DNA of 64,000 nt from the sequence record MH133207.1. One strand, written 5' to 3'. Every line of letters starts with the position of its first letter. The first letter of the stretch is position 1. Made by a program: the position numbers and the translations under genes. The stretch is from Acinetobacter phage vB_AbaM_B9. The notes under the pieces are model-generated. The model made no database searches, was not told where the DNA came from, and was given only the letters and a program-made list of their open reading frames with translations. Shown piece after piece: positions 38,874 to 48,311 of this stretch.

Positions 38874-39132
38874 TAGTATTGTAAGTGAAACAAAATTATC
38901 AGAACTTAAATTAAACTTTTTCACACTTGTCGATGATGAAGCTCTTCACAGTTATATTGATTCTGTTATTGAGAAATGTAAAGATCGATGGTGTGATATG
39001 AAACAAGATTACAACTCATTCTCTGAATATGTATTAGATGAATTTGATGTTGAATATTTGTTTGATTCTGGTATTATTGAAATTGGAACTGAATTCTTAA
39101 AGGTTGATGAAGATGGAAAAGAATATCACTGA
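38851..39132 (+). CDS. hypothetical acidic protein
   Basis: 93-aa ORF. Confidence 0.35.
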   Translation: MRIFIMSDSIVSETKLSELKLNFFTLVDDEALHSYIDSVIEKCKDRWCDMKQDYNSFSEYVLDEFDVEYLFDSGIIEIGTEFLKVDEDGKEYH

Positions 39133-39293
39133 ACAACGTTGGAATGAGATTATTGAAAATCTTGAACTTGACTTAGTAACTGCAAATAAACAATATTGGA
39201 ACAAACCTAATCGTTATGTAATAAATAAAGAAGAGATTGAAAAGATCATCTCTGTTCTTAAAAATAATGTTCCTTATTAATTGGAGATAATTT

Positions 39294-39671
39294 ATGAATG
39301 TATTGAGTAAGATGAGTCCTGATGACAAAGTTGAAATTGTTCTTAATGGTGAGAAATTACAAGTTACTGTTGGATCAATTGTTAAAACTTATGTTCTCTT
39401 AGGAAACTCGACTGGTGGTTGTGATGATTTATATTTTAAACTAGGTCGTGTTTATGGTTTTAGTCATGAGGAAGATGATCAACTTCCAGATATGGATGGC
39501 ATCGATTTTCATAAATATCGTGATGAAGTTCTTAAAGTTTGTTTATCTGATTTTTATAAAAATGAAAGTCGTAAAAACGAAGTAACTTCTAAAATTGAAG
39601 AAAAGAGTAGAGAGTTGTTGGAACTTAAATCAGAGTACTTTGAATTAACAGGTAAGGAATATGGAAACTAA
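39294..39671 (+). CDS. hypothetical protein
   Basis: 125-aa ORF after GGAG. Confidence 0.4.
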   Translation: MNVLSKMSPDDKVEIVLNGEKLQVTVGSIVKTYVLLGNSTGGCDDLYFKLGRVYGFSHEEDDQLPDMDGIDFHKYRDEVLKVCLSDFYKNESRKNEVTSKIEEKSRELLELKSEYFELTGKEYGN

Positions 39672-40131
39672 AGATGAAGCGCTTCATGAAGAAGTATTAA
39701 AAGTAAAATCTTTCACTTATGTTCCTTACTGGGATTATAAGATTATTAAGAAGGTTGATCATGTAACTTATCATAATTGGGATGGTAAAACGTTCTTCAG
39801 TAAAGAACAAGCTGAAGAATATGTTGATAAGGCACTTAAAGATCGCAAACGTCTTCAACAGTTGTCAAAGATAGGTGAATTAAGTAATGCTGAATTACTT
39901 AAGCTATATCCTAATTTAACACACTTATTGAAAGAGCCAAAAGAGATTAAAGTAATTTCTGAAAAACCAGTTTATGTTTATGAGCTTTGGAATAATGAAG
40001 ACGATGATGAAATGTACATTGGTGTTTTTGCAGACTTAGATGCTATTGAGTATTTCATTATTGATAGACACGATGTAAGATGGAATTTGGAAATGGTTAT
40101 TGAGAAGGGGAGTGTTAATGATAATCCTTAA
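39661..40131 (+). CDS. hypothetical protein
   Basis: 156-aa ORF. Confidence 0.4.
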   Translation: METKDEALHEEVLKVKSFTYVPYWDYKIIKKVDHVTYHNWDGKTFFSKEQAEEYVDKALKDRKRLQQLSKIGELSNAELLKLYPNLTHLLKEPKEIKVISEKPVYVYELWNNEDDDEMYIGVFADLDAIEYFIIDRHDVRWNLEMVIEKGSVNDNP

Positions 40132-40438
40132 AGAACCTGTAAAGTTGGATGAAGAGAATGTTGATTATGGTTATGCCTTGACAACTGACGAATATAACAT
40201 TATCATATACAAACTTGGTATTTATCTTAAAGGTAAGAATCAAGGTGAATTCTCTAAAACACCTATAGGCTATTTCTCAACACTAGAACACACTTTACAG
40301 CGCATTAAAGACCTAGAAGTACGTTTGCGTGGCTTGGAAGATTTAGAGGGTCTGGTGGAGCGTATAAGTGCTGTAATGGATGAAGTTTCAGTTAATTTAA
40401 AGATTGTTAAAATCACTAAAGGAGATGTGTTAATATGA
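40100..40438 (+). CDS. hypothetical protein
   Basis: 112-aa ORF. Confidence 0.35.
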   Translation: MRRGVLMIILKEPVKLDEENVDYGYALTTDEYNIIIYKLGIYLKGKNQGEFSKTPIGYFSTLEHTLQRIKDLEVRLRGLEDLEGLVERISAVMDEVSVNLKIVKITKGDVLI

Positions 40439-40686
40439 GTATGAAAGTTAATTTAACAGAAGAACAAATTCATAGTGATATGCAGAAGTTACGTAAGATG
40501 TTCAATCATTTTCAAACTATGTCTGATGAAGAGATTGAACCAATCAATAAAGAATTTTATGGTAAATTGGAAACTGCTGGGCATATTGCATTAGAATATA
40601 AATTTGACTATAATGCGGTTGAGGATTTTTATAAATTAAAGTTATGGTTGGAAATGTATGATCAAGTGTTTGGAGAGAATGAATGA
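40435..40686 (+). CDS. hypothetical protein
   Basis: 83-aa ORF. Confidence 0.35.
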   Translation: MSMKVNLTEEQIHSDMQKLRKMFNHFQTMSDEEIEPINKEFYGKLETAGHIALEYKFDYNAVEDFYKLKLWLEMYDQVFGENE

Positions 40687-40859
40687 CTAAATTATACCTC
40701 GTTGAACGTTTGGTTATTGAATATCAATACATTGCTGCTAACAGTGAAGAAGAAGCTATTCAAGATGCTTTAGATTGTGCTGAATGGGACAGGGAAGCAG
40801 TTGGTCAAGGTGATGAATTATTTTATGGTGTTCGTGCAGAATTTAAAGGAGAAGCTTAA

Positions 40860-41042
40860 ATGAGTTGTAAATATATTGATTTTGATGAATATGAAACGAT
40901 TTATTCGGAAGCACAACAATTATTCTGTGATTACTTAAACGATAAATTAGGTGTTAATGTTAAACCTAGTGATTTTGGTGATCATTGGTATAAAATGGAT
41001 AATGTTATTTCTTATGATTTAACTTTTGAGAAGGAAGAGTAA
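40860..41042 (+). CDS. hypothetical protein
   Basis: 60-aa ORF. Confidence 0.3.
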   Translation: MSCKYIDFDEYETIYSEAQQLFCDYLNDKLGVNVKPSDFGDHWYKMDNVISYDLTFEKEE

Positions 41043-41386
41043 TGTACAAATGTAGATTTGAAGTTCAAGATTATAGTTCGCCTTACTACTCTTGGGATGA
41101 TATTGAAAAAGATTTTGAAACTTTGGAAGAAGCTCGTCAATACTCACTGAATAATTCGTGTAGTCGTGAAGGCTGTAAGTTGGTTAAAGTTTGGATTGAA
41201 GGTAAAGAAATAGATTTTAAGAGATACTTCATGGAGGTTGATTATGGGTTTGAAAGGATTCAAAAGAATTTGATTAATCAATTGGAAAGAGAAATAGCTT
41301 CAATTCAAGACTGTAAATCGATTGAAGAACTAGATGATACATATATTATTTATTTACATGCAACAAAAGGATTGAAGAAAAAGTGA
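41042..41386 (+). CDS. hypothetical protein
   Basis: 114-aa ORF. Confidence 0.4.
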   Translation: MYKCRFEVQDYSSPYYSWDDIEKDFETLEEARQYSLNNSCSREGCKLVKVWIEGKEIDFKRYFMEVDYGFERIQKNLINQLEREIASIQDCKSIEELDDTYIIYLHATKGLKKK

Positions 41387-43347
41387 GTTTACAGAGAGAG
41401 TTTTTTAACAGAGAAACAAATATTACAGCTAAAGTAATCTGTGATAGTATATCAGAAAGTGGTAATAGAATCACAACATTAGAGATTGAGTACCCAAGAT
41501 TTATCCTGTGTTTTGATGAAAAAACTGAGATTTTAGCGAAAATTGGAGACAATTTCCCTGAGTTTATGCACTTTGATAAGGCTAAAACTTTAGGTGCACA
41601 AGTTGCACAATATGATAAAGACACAGGGGAGATCAGTTTCGTAGAACCATTACAATGGGTAAAAAATCAAGGCATTCATAAGATGATCAACTTTGATGAT
41701 TCTGAATCTAAAAAATTCAGCTTATCCGTTACTGATAACCACCGCGTACTTGTCGATAAACGCACCACAGGGAACGAGTTTGTCACAGAAGTTTGGGAAG
41801 CAAAGAGATTACTTGGGGATTACCCTTGTGCAAGGATTCGTCAATCTGGAGAATATAAAGGTAAAACTTTTTATTCCAAAGAAGAAATTGCTTTGATGGT
41901 TTGGTTTGCATCAGATGGATCTTTAAATGGAAATAAAGTCCATTTTAATGTTAAGAAGCAACGTAAGGTCGATTCAATTACTGGTTTATTGAATACTTTA
42001 AACATTGAATATGAGACTTTCTGTTATGATGATTATACACTAATCAAGTGTGACCAATTTGATTGGGTGCATGATTGCTATGATTCAGAAGGATTTAAAA
42101 AGCTTCCTGAAAAAGCTGCATACATGTCAAACGAAGATTATCAATTTGTTAAGATTGCACTTTTAGAATCAGACGGGTCTGTTGTAAATAATGATTTTAA
42201 TTCAACCTCTAAGACGTTTGCGGAACAAGTGCAAGTAATTGCTCACATGCACAATGAAACAATGAATTTGCGATATTATGATACGGAAGGAAGGTCACGT
42301 CTGTATAAATCTAAGTTTAAAGAGCGAAACTCTCATATTCTTCTTCGTAAAGACAATACAAAATTTTACGAAAGTGAATTAAAGGGGTTTGTATATTGTG
42401 TTACAGTTCCATCATCATTTGTTGTTGTGCGGAGAGACGGTATTGTACACATTTCTGGTAATTGTGAATTAAACACTCACAAGATGCTTGAAAAGAATAG
42501 TTCAAGTTCACGTGCTATTCCTATCAAAACTATGATTGAGCAGATTGAGTCTAATACGGCAATGCCTTTATATTGGGGTAAAACTAAATCAGGAATGCAA
42601 GCTGATGGTGAGGTTGAGTTATTTGAACAAACAGTTGCTCATTCACAGTGGACAATGGCTTATTTAGATGCTGTTGATCGTGTAAATGAAATCAGTAATG
42701 TTGGGGTGCATAAACAAACGACTAACCGTTTACTTGAACCTTTCCAGATGATGAAGACTGTAATTACTGGCACTGATTGGGATAATTTCTTTAATTTGCG
42801 TATTCATCCAGATGCACAACCAGAGTTCTGTATGTTAGCTTATAAGATGTATCAAGCTATGCAAGAGAGTACACCTAAGGTTTTACGTGCTGATGAATGG
42901 CATCTTCCTTTTGTAGATTGCACTAGAGATTTTGATGGTAAAATTCAATATGTGACAAAGGTTGAGGATGAGTATATTGAATTGACACTTGAAGAAGCTC
43001 AGCGTATTTCAGCTTCATGTTGCGCTCAAACATCGTATCGTAAGAGTGATGATAGTTTGGAGAAAGCAGATAAAGTTTTTGATATGTTGATTAATGCTGA
43101 AGTTATTCATTCATCACCCTTCGGACATTTAGCAACACCTATTGTTTCTGTAAATGATCATGAGAAAGAAATTTACAAGAACCTCACAGATGATTTTACA
43201 TGGGAGATTGGAATTACTCACATGAAGCGTGGTGGTGTGCTATGTTCGGGTAACTTAACAGGTTGGATTTCATATCGTCATCTAATACCTAATAACACTT
43301 GTTATGACTTTAATTTTGAAGAACGTATGAAATTATTTGACAACTAA
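41383..43347 (+). CDS. thyX: flavin-dependent thymidylate synthase (ThyX)-like protein interrupted by an intein; unusual domain order
   Basis: C-extein motifs align with ThyX: THKx7SxR (RHRx7S position), NRLLEP (ARxVLP), DWDNFFNLRIHPDAQPEF (NFLNLRxxxHAQxEI). The C-terminal extension carries a second copy of the ThyX N-terminal segment (CCAQTSYRK...HSSPFGHL). GTG start. Confidence 0.6.
   Translation: MSLQREFFNRETNITAKVICDSISESGNRITTLEIEYPRFILCFDEKTEILAKIGDNFPEFMHFDKAKTLGAQVAQYDKDTGEISFVEPLQWVKNQGIHKMINFDDSESKKFSLSVTDNHRVLVDKRTTGNEFVTEVWEAKRLLGDYPCARIRQSGEYKGKTFYSKEEIALMVWFASDGSLNGNKVHFNVKKQRKVDSITGLLNTLNIEYETFCYDDYTLIKCDQFDWVHDCYDSEGFKKLPEKAAYMSNEDYQFVKIALLESDGSVVNNDFNSTSKTFAEQVQVIAHMHNETMNLRYYDTEGRSRLYKSKFKERNSHILLRKDNTKFYESELKGFVYCVTVPSSFVVVRRDGIVHISGNCELNTHKMLEKNSSSSRAIPIKTMIEQIESNTAMPLYWGKTKSGMQADGEVELFEQTVAHSQWTMAYLDAVDRVNEISNVGVHKQTTNRLLEPFQMMKTVITGTDWDNFFNLRIHPDAQPEFCMLAYKMYQAMQESTPKVLRADEWHLPFVDCTRDFDGKIQYVTKVEDEYIELTLEEAQRISASCCAQTSYRKSDDSLEKADKVFDMLINAEVIHSSPFGHLATPIVSVNDHEKEIYKNLTDDFTWEIGITHMKRGGVLCSGNLTGWISYRHLIPNNTCYDFNFEERMKLFDN
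41509..42462 (+). mobile_element. intein (318 aa) with embedded double-motif LAGLIDADG homing endonuclease
   Basis: Begins with Cys (CFDEKTEIL), has block B TxxH (SVTDNHRVLV), two LAGLIDADG motifs (LMVWFASDGSL, KIALLESDGSV), and ends ...IVHISGN followed by Cys+1. Confidence 0.55.
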
Positions 43348-43366
43348 ATCTAAATAAACTACTATA

Positions 43367-43398
43367 AAGACATGAGCTAATGCTTGTGTCTTTTTTTA
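43367..43398 (+). terminator. rho-independent terminator
   Basis: 10-bp stem (AGACATGAGC/GCTTGTGTCT, with G-U pairs) followed by TTTTTTT. Confidence 0.7.
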
Positions 43399-43411
43399 TT
43401 GGAGATGTGTT

Positions 43412-43825
43412 TTGATAAACTACGGAAAAGATGTATTTTACAATGAAGTCTATTGCAGACTTCTTGACAACAATCCTGTATTAATTAAAGATTTTGCAAC
43501 AAACAAAGAAGCTATATTGTTTTGTATTAATCAATTAGGAATACCTAACGATTATTTGTATTGGAGTGAAGAAGATAATCATTTTAAACACGATCCAAAA
43601 TTTTTATCTGTTAAAAACATTTTCATGGTTGGTTATAAGATAACTTTGAAAAATGGAAGTGACGGTTTCTGTAGTAATGTAATACAGACAAAACATATGA
43701 TTAATAGTGCTTGGGGGGATGATGTGGAACGTGGAATGGACACAATAAAAGCAATTGATAAACACTCATTTGTGCGATTGAGTTTATTTATCACTTCCGA
43801 ACAATATAAGCGCTTTATGATGTAA
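43412..43825 (+). CDS. hypothetical protein
   Basis: 137-aa ORF, TTG start after GGAG. Confidence 0.35.
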   Translation: MINYGKDVFYNEVYCRLLDNNPVLIKDFATNKEAILFCINQLGIPNDYLYWSEEDNHFKHDPKFLSVKNIFMVGYKITLKNGSDGFCSNVIQTKHMINSAWGDDVERGMDTIKAIDKHSFVRLSLFITSEQYKRFMM

Positions 43826-43834
43826 GGAGATTAT

Positions 43835-44110
43835 ATGAGTACAATGTTGATACTAGAAGATGATAGTTATTTGTGGATAGCTGAAAACATTGAGGAAGAC
43901 TTCGGTGAAGAACAAGGTTTCTATGTTATTAATGGTCATTGGTGGGGAACTTACTATAAAGGTTTAATTGATATCCACCTTCCATTTCCAGATAAAGATG
44001 GTGGAATGTTTGGGTATGCTAATGTTAAAGAAGTTTTGATTGACTTTGATAGACAAGGTGATTACAATGAAGTTATCTGTAAGTTAATGGAAAGGCGTGG
44101 AGAAATTTGA
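43835..44110 (+). CDS. hypothetical protein
   Basis: 91-aa ORF after AGGAG. Confidence 0.4.
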   Translation: MSTMLILEDDSYLWIAENIEEDFGEEQGFYVINGHWWGTYYKGLIDIHLPFPDKDGGMFGYANVKEVLIDFDRQGDYNEVICKLMERRGEI

Positions 44111-44361
44111 TGAGTGAATTAACGACATTGGAAAAGTTAAACAAACTTACTTCTAAAGATGCTAAACATTTTATTTTAACTAAATACAACTTCTGGACAT
44201 ACCAACTACAAACATACGTTGATAGAGATCAGATTGAACTATATTTAGGTGAAGAAGCGACAAGTCGTGGTTGTGATATGGAAGAATATGTTTCAACAGT
44301 GTTTGGTAAAACATTTGATGAGTGTGTTGATAAAATGTACATACAGTTATTTGGAGAGTAA
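44107..44361 (+). CDS. hypothetical protein
   Basis: 84-aa ORF. Confidence 0.4.
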   Translation: MMSELTTLEKLNKLTSKDAKHFILTKYNFWTYQLQTYVDRDQIELYLGEEATSRGCDMEEYVSTVFGKTFDECVDKMYIQLFGE

Positions 44362-44362
44362 A

Positions 44363-44560
44363 ATGTACGAACTATTTGAAAATGATAAACTAGAAGGTAC
44401 AACAGCTTTTGTTAATCAAGTGTTAGTAACTGTTAACTATGGACACTACATGCTAGAAACAGGGCTAATTAAAGAGTTATATGAAGCTCACGGAGAACGT
44501 TGGTATTACGTTGTTCCTATTAATATGTGGTTTCGTGAGGATACATTAGATGAAACTTAA
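44363..44560 (+). CDS. hypothetical protein
   Basis: ATG at 44363 after GGAGAG; the track start at 44249 overlaps the previous gene. Confidence 0.35.
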   Translation: MYELFENDKLEGTTAFVNQVLVTVNYGHYMLETGLIKELYEAHGERWYYVVPINMWFREDTLDET

Positions 44561-44568
44561 ATTAATTG

Positions 44569-44597
44569 TTGACATTGATTTTAGTATCTATTAATAT
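44569..44597 (+). promoter_or_regulatory. sigma70-like promoter TTGACA-17-TAATAT within the conserved ATTGTTGACATTGATTT motif
   Basis: Read directly. Shares a 17-nt motif with the promoter at 26541. Confidence 0.5.
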
Positions 44598-44631
44598 TTA
44601 TTTATCAACTAACATAAACAAGGTGGACATT

Positions 44632-44913
44632 ATGAACACAAATGATTTAAAATCTACAATCTTAGCAACACATGCACGATTGTTTAAAGTTGTATTTCAA
44701 AAGTCAGATGGTACAATCCGTACTATGTATGCTAAAGTTGGGGTTGAGCGTTTTAAATCTAAGAAACCAAACAAACGTAAAGTTAATGAGCATAGTGATA
44801 ACTTAATTCGTGTGTTTGATATGGAGCTTAAACAATATAGATCATTCAACTTATCAAGTGTCATTGAGTTCTCATGCAATAATAAACAATTTAAATTAGG
44901 GGAAGTAAAATGA
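44632..44913 (+). CDS. hypothetical protein
   Basis: ATG at 44632 after AAGGTGGA. Confidence 0.4.
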   Translation: MNTNDLKSTILATHARLFKVVFQKSDGTIRTMYAKVGVERFKSKKPNKRKVNEHSDNLIRVFDMELKQYRSFNLSSVIEFSCNNKQFKLGEVK

Positions 44914-44954
44914 TGGATTTAATGATTTTTAAATAAACTATTAAATTAATTTTA

Positions 44955-45001
44955 AAGAGATGTTAACTTAATGGTTGACATCTCTTTTTATTTGTCTATA
45001 A
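44955..45001 (+). promoter_or_regulatory. overlapping terminator hairpin (AGAGATGT/ACATCTCT + T-run) and promoter TTGACA-16-TATAAT
   Basis: An 8-bp inverted repeat spans the -35 hexamer, then TTTTTATTT, then TATAAT at 44996-45001. Confidence 0.5.
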
Positions 45002-45021
45002 TAAAAGCATAAACAAACATT

Positions 45022-45333
45022 TTGGAGATTAACATGGAACATATTGAGCTTTGTAAAACTTATAGCAATCAAAATGAAATTCAATTTAATTATAGTTTAG
45101 ATAATACAAACTATTTAATTATCGTTGATGTTGAATATTGGACTGTTAAGCAAGATAGCTACGGTGTACACAGCAGTTCTTGGACGGAAGTTGATGCTGA
45201 GAGTTTTGAATTTACTTATCAAGTATTCGATCTTGAGTCAGATGATTTAACTTTCAATGATGCAATATCAGAAGATGAATTAAAATTCATTGAACAAGAG
45301 TGTATTAATTATTTAAATGATGAGTATGTGTGA
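45022..45333 (+). CDS. hypothetical acidic protein
   Basis: 103-aa ORF. Confidence 0.4.
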   Translation: MEINMEHIELCKTYSNQNEIQFNYSLDNTNYLIIVDVEYWTVKQDSYGVHSSSWTEVDAESFEFTYQVFDLESDDLTFNDAISEDELKFIEQECINYLNDEYV

Positions 45334-45581
45334 GGGTGATGATGGTTACTTTAGATTACACATTATTAGTTTTATCGATTTTCTTACTGTCTTTTATAAA
45401 AACAGGAAAATATGTGGATAGTTTTGGAATAAGTGTAAGTGTTGCTTATTTGGTTTTATTTTATATAAAATACTTTAATTAAAGGTATGTAATATGAGTG
45501 GTGAAGGATTCTTGGATAGTTGGATGCAATGGGTAATGTTATTATGTTTCTTATATTTAATAATTGTTTCAGGAGAGTGAA

Positions 45582-45809
45582 ATGCTAAGCTTCAGTAAAT
45601 TTAAAAAAGATGATCCAGAGGTTAAAGAGTTTGCAGAAAACTTGGTTGATGTAATTTTCTTTACAGAAGATGATTCAACATTGAAATTTGGATTTTTCCA
45701 GAAAGTTGATGGTGAATTTTACATTTACTATAAAGACATTATTGGAAAACATTATGCGGAAGATTTAGAAAACTGTTATGTCTGTGTAATAAATGTTAAT
45801 TGGGAATAG
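45582..45809 (+). CDS. hypothetical protein
   Basis: ATG at 45582 after AGGAGAG. Confidence 0.35.
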   Translation: MLSFSKFKKDDPEVKEFAENLVDVIFFTEDDSTLKFGFFQKVDGEFYIYYKDIIGKHYAEDLENCYVCVINVNWE

Positions 45810-45817
45810 GAGCATAG

Positions 45818-46063
45818 ATGATAAATAAAAAGCAATTAGCACTGTTAAGAGAATGGTCATTACTGAGGGTAGGTGATGTGTTTAAATCCTACCATTCAGG
45901 AAGTACATATATTGTCACTGATGTCACTGAACATTATGTACAATTTAAGTATTTAAATAGTCCAATTAAATATTTGTTTGTTATACCTCTCGATATCAGA
46001 TCATTTGAGGGGTTTCGTTTTGAGAAGTTAAATAAGGAGAGTTTTGATGAACAATTGGATTAA
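45818..46063 (+). CDS. hypothetical protein
   Basis: 81-aa ORF after GGAG. Confidence 0.35.
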   Translation: MINKKQLALLREWSLLRVGDVFKSYHSGSTYIVTDVTEHYVQFKYLNSPIKYLFVIPLDIRSFEGFRFEKLNKESFDEQLD

Positions 46064-46334
46064 TCATAGTAGTAAAACTTTCAGGTATGTTCTATATAAT
46101 CCTTCATGGAAAGATATATTAGAACTACAAAGAAAGCTAGGTAATAAATTAACAGACTTAGGAATCATATTTGTTTCAGGTTCGATTAGTAACATTCAGG
46201 ACTTTAGTAAAGTTAATTCTAGAAATATTACGGTCTGGTATGGATTTAGAGGAGAACGCATTCATTCATTCTTAAAACACGTAGATAGTCAATCTGAAAA
46301 GTACAAAGAAGATATTTATTTGTTAGCAAAGTAA
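46044..46334 (+). CDS. hypothetical protein
   Basis: 96-aa ORF. Confidence 0.35.
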   Translation: MMNNWINHSSKTFRYVLYNPSWKDILELQRKLGNKLTDLGIIFVSGSISNIQDFSKVNSRNITVWYGFRGERIHSFLKHVDSQSEKYKEDIYLLAK

Positions 46335-46343
46335 AGAGGATGT

Positions 46344-46652
46344 ATGAAGATTACAAATGAAGAATGGTGTTGGGATTATCCACACTACAATGTACTTAGC
46401 GAATATCCTATTGCTACATATAGAGACCATTCAGCAGTTTTGGTTATGCAGTACAATAGAGTGGTTATTAAGTTTATTAATAAATACGGGTTTTCTAACC
46501 AAATTTCTATCTACTGTAGAACACATGCTGAGTTGGATGATATTAAGCATTATCTGATTAATGAGGGTTTTAAAATGAATTGGGAAAACTATCAAGCTAT
46601 TCTTGAGATGTTCAATGAAAGATTTAAAACTCATGCACCTTTTCTTGGTTAG
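46344..46652 (+). CDS. hypothetical protein
   Basis: 102-aa ORF after AGAGGA. Confidence 0.4.
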   Translation: MKITNEEWCWDYPHYNVLSEYPIATYRDHSAVLVMQYNRVVIKFINKYGFSNQISIYCRTHAELDDIKHYLINEGFKMNWENYQAILEMFNERFKTHAPFLG

Positions 46653-46912
46653 GAACAAATATGAAACTTAAACATAGATCATTTATTCGTTTGGATAATG
46701 AGAATAGCACAAACATTAATTGTGTATTTGGGAATGTTTAAATTTTAAAACATGAAGATGGATACTATTATCTACATAGTTTTAATAACCACTTCTATAT
46801 TACAACACTGAAGGAGAGAAATAAATATAAAAACGAATTAGCAGCAATTACAGATTTAAGATCATTGTGTGATGAGTATTTAAATAATCATATTTCATTT
46901 TATCTTAGTTAA

Positions 46913-46940
46913 TAAAAAGCCCTCTTATGAGGGCTTTATT
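46913..46940. terminator. bidirectional rho-independent terminator between the convergent + and - gene blocks
   Basis: AGCCCTC-TTAT-GAGGGCT hairpin flanked by an A-run and a T-run. Confidence 0.75.
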
Positions 46941-46949
46941 GTATTAGTC

Positions 46950-47690
46950 TCAAAGTAATTCAATAAACTTACTTAAAACCTTTTTCAATTCTGTATTACT
47001 CAATTCACGAGTCTTCTCTCGTCCTTCTAATAACTCATTCTTTAAACCATTAATATAACTAGAACAAGCAACAGTGTTATCTGAAGTATAACCCTTAGTG
47101 TCATCAATACGATCGATAGAGTGGCTATGTTTACCTTCCATAGTCAATGTGATACCAGAATAGTAATACTTCTTACGAGACAATAAGCGTTTCATATCAG
47201 CAAATGTTAAAGAAAATTCAATTCCTCTTTGGGCACACTGAATACTCTTATGTAAAAATTTAAGACTAACATAAGTGTCAAATTTAACTTGGTTAAGCTC
47301 ATTATCAATTCCTATGAAAGCATCGTTAACGTTTCTAAGATCAATGTTGTAATCAATATCATAACCTTTGCGATTGAATACACATAATGTTTTGGTTTCA
47401 CATAACATATCGTATGGAGATTTTATTTCTGTAATTATTTTAATTCCATTTTCTGTTGTTGTATCTGATAAGGAAATTATATCATTTAAACACAGTGACA
47501 TTAAGATGCTGTTATACTCTTCTACAAACATCGGTTTTAAGGTGTGTATCGAGCGTTTACAGGCATAATCAGATACGAAGTGATCAAATGTATAGGCTAA
47601 ACATTTAGATGCCTTGGTGGTGAGCTGAAGTGTGTCTGTGAAAGAACATAGTTCAGAGATAGTAGATTGTTTATTAAAACCGAACGACAT
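46950..47690 (-). CDS. HNH-like nuclease (putative homing endonuclease)
   Basis: C-terminal HSHSIDRIDDTKGYTSDNTVACSSYINGLKN resembles the HNH_3-type H..D..N....N motif. Confidence 0.35.
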   Translation of the reverse strand: MSFGFNKQSTISELCSFTDTLQLTTKASKCLAYTFDHFVSDYACKRSIHTLKPMFVEEYNSILMSLCLNDIISLSDTTTENGIKIITEIKSPYDMLCETKTLCVFNRKGYDIDYNIDLRNVNDAFIGIDNELNQVKFDTYVSLKFLHKSIQCAQRGIEFSLTFADMKRLLSRKKYYYSGITLTMEGKHSHSIDRIDDTKGYTSDNTVACSSYINGLKNELLEGREKTRELSNTELKKVLSKFIELL

Positions 47691-47787
47691 ATCAAATTCC
47701 TTGTGTAATAAAAAAGAGAGCTATAACTTTCATTACGCTCTCTATTGTATTAAGGAATCAAGTCTCTGATGTCAATATTATCAACTA

Positions 47788-48006
47788 TTAAGATAGAAAA
47801 AATTTAAAAATGAAGTAGTCAAAAGTATATGCAATAAAGAACATAATAAACAACAATTGCATAATAACAGAACTAATGATTTTCTTTAATGTGAGTGATT
47901 GTTCAACATCTTCTTTAGTTAAATTGTTACGTACAACACCTAACGCTACTAAAGAGGGGAATGCTGACACAATAAATAATCCAATAACAAAAATAATTAT
48001 TTCCAT
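47788..48006 (-). CDS. small membrane protein
   Basis: 72 aa, two hydrophobic helices. Confidence 0.35.
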   Translation of the reverse strand: MEIIIFVIGLFIVSAFPSLVALGVVRNNLTKEDVEQSLTLKKIISSVIMQLLFIMFFIAYTFDYFIFKFFLS

Positions 48007-48016
48007 AATCTTCTCC

Positions 48017-48208
48017 TCATTCAGAACAAATTAATAAAATTTTATTATATGCAACTACACTGTTTGCTTCATAGTAGACATACTGACACATCTCTTCAGT
48101 TAAGTGGTGTTGTAGAACAGAATTGGATAAAACATACTGACCAAATCGTTGTGTTCTATCACCAGCATTCCACTTTAAGTATAACTTATTAAGTTCTTTG
48201 ATTGTCAT
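48017..48208 (-). CDS. hypothetical protein
   Basis: 63-aa ORF. Confidence 0.3.
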   Translation of the reverse strand: MTIKELNKLYLKWNAGDRTQRFGQYVLSNSVLQHHLTEEMCQYVYYEANSVVAYNKILLICSE

Positions 48209-48311
48209 AGTAATGACTCCTGTGTTTGTATGATTGAATAGTATCAGGTTATAAATTTATAGTCAACAAAAAAGAGAACAACTTTCGTCATTCTCTTTTA
48301 ACTTCTTGAAA

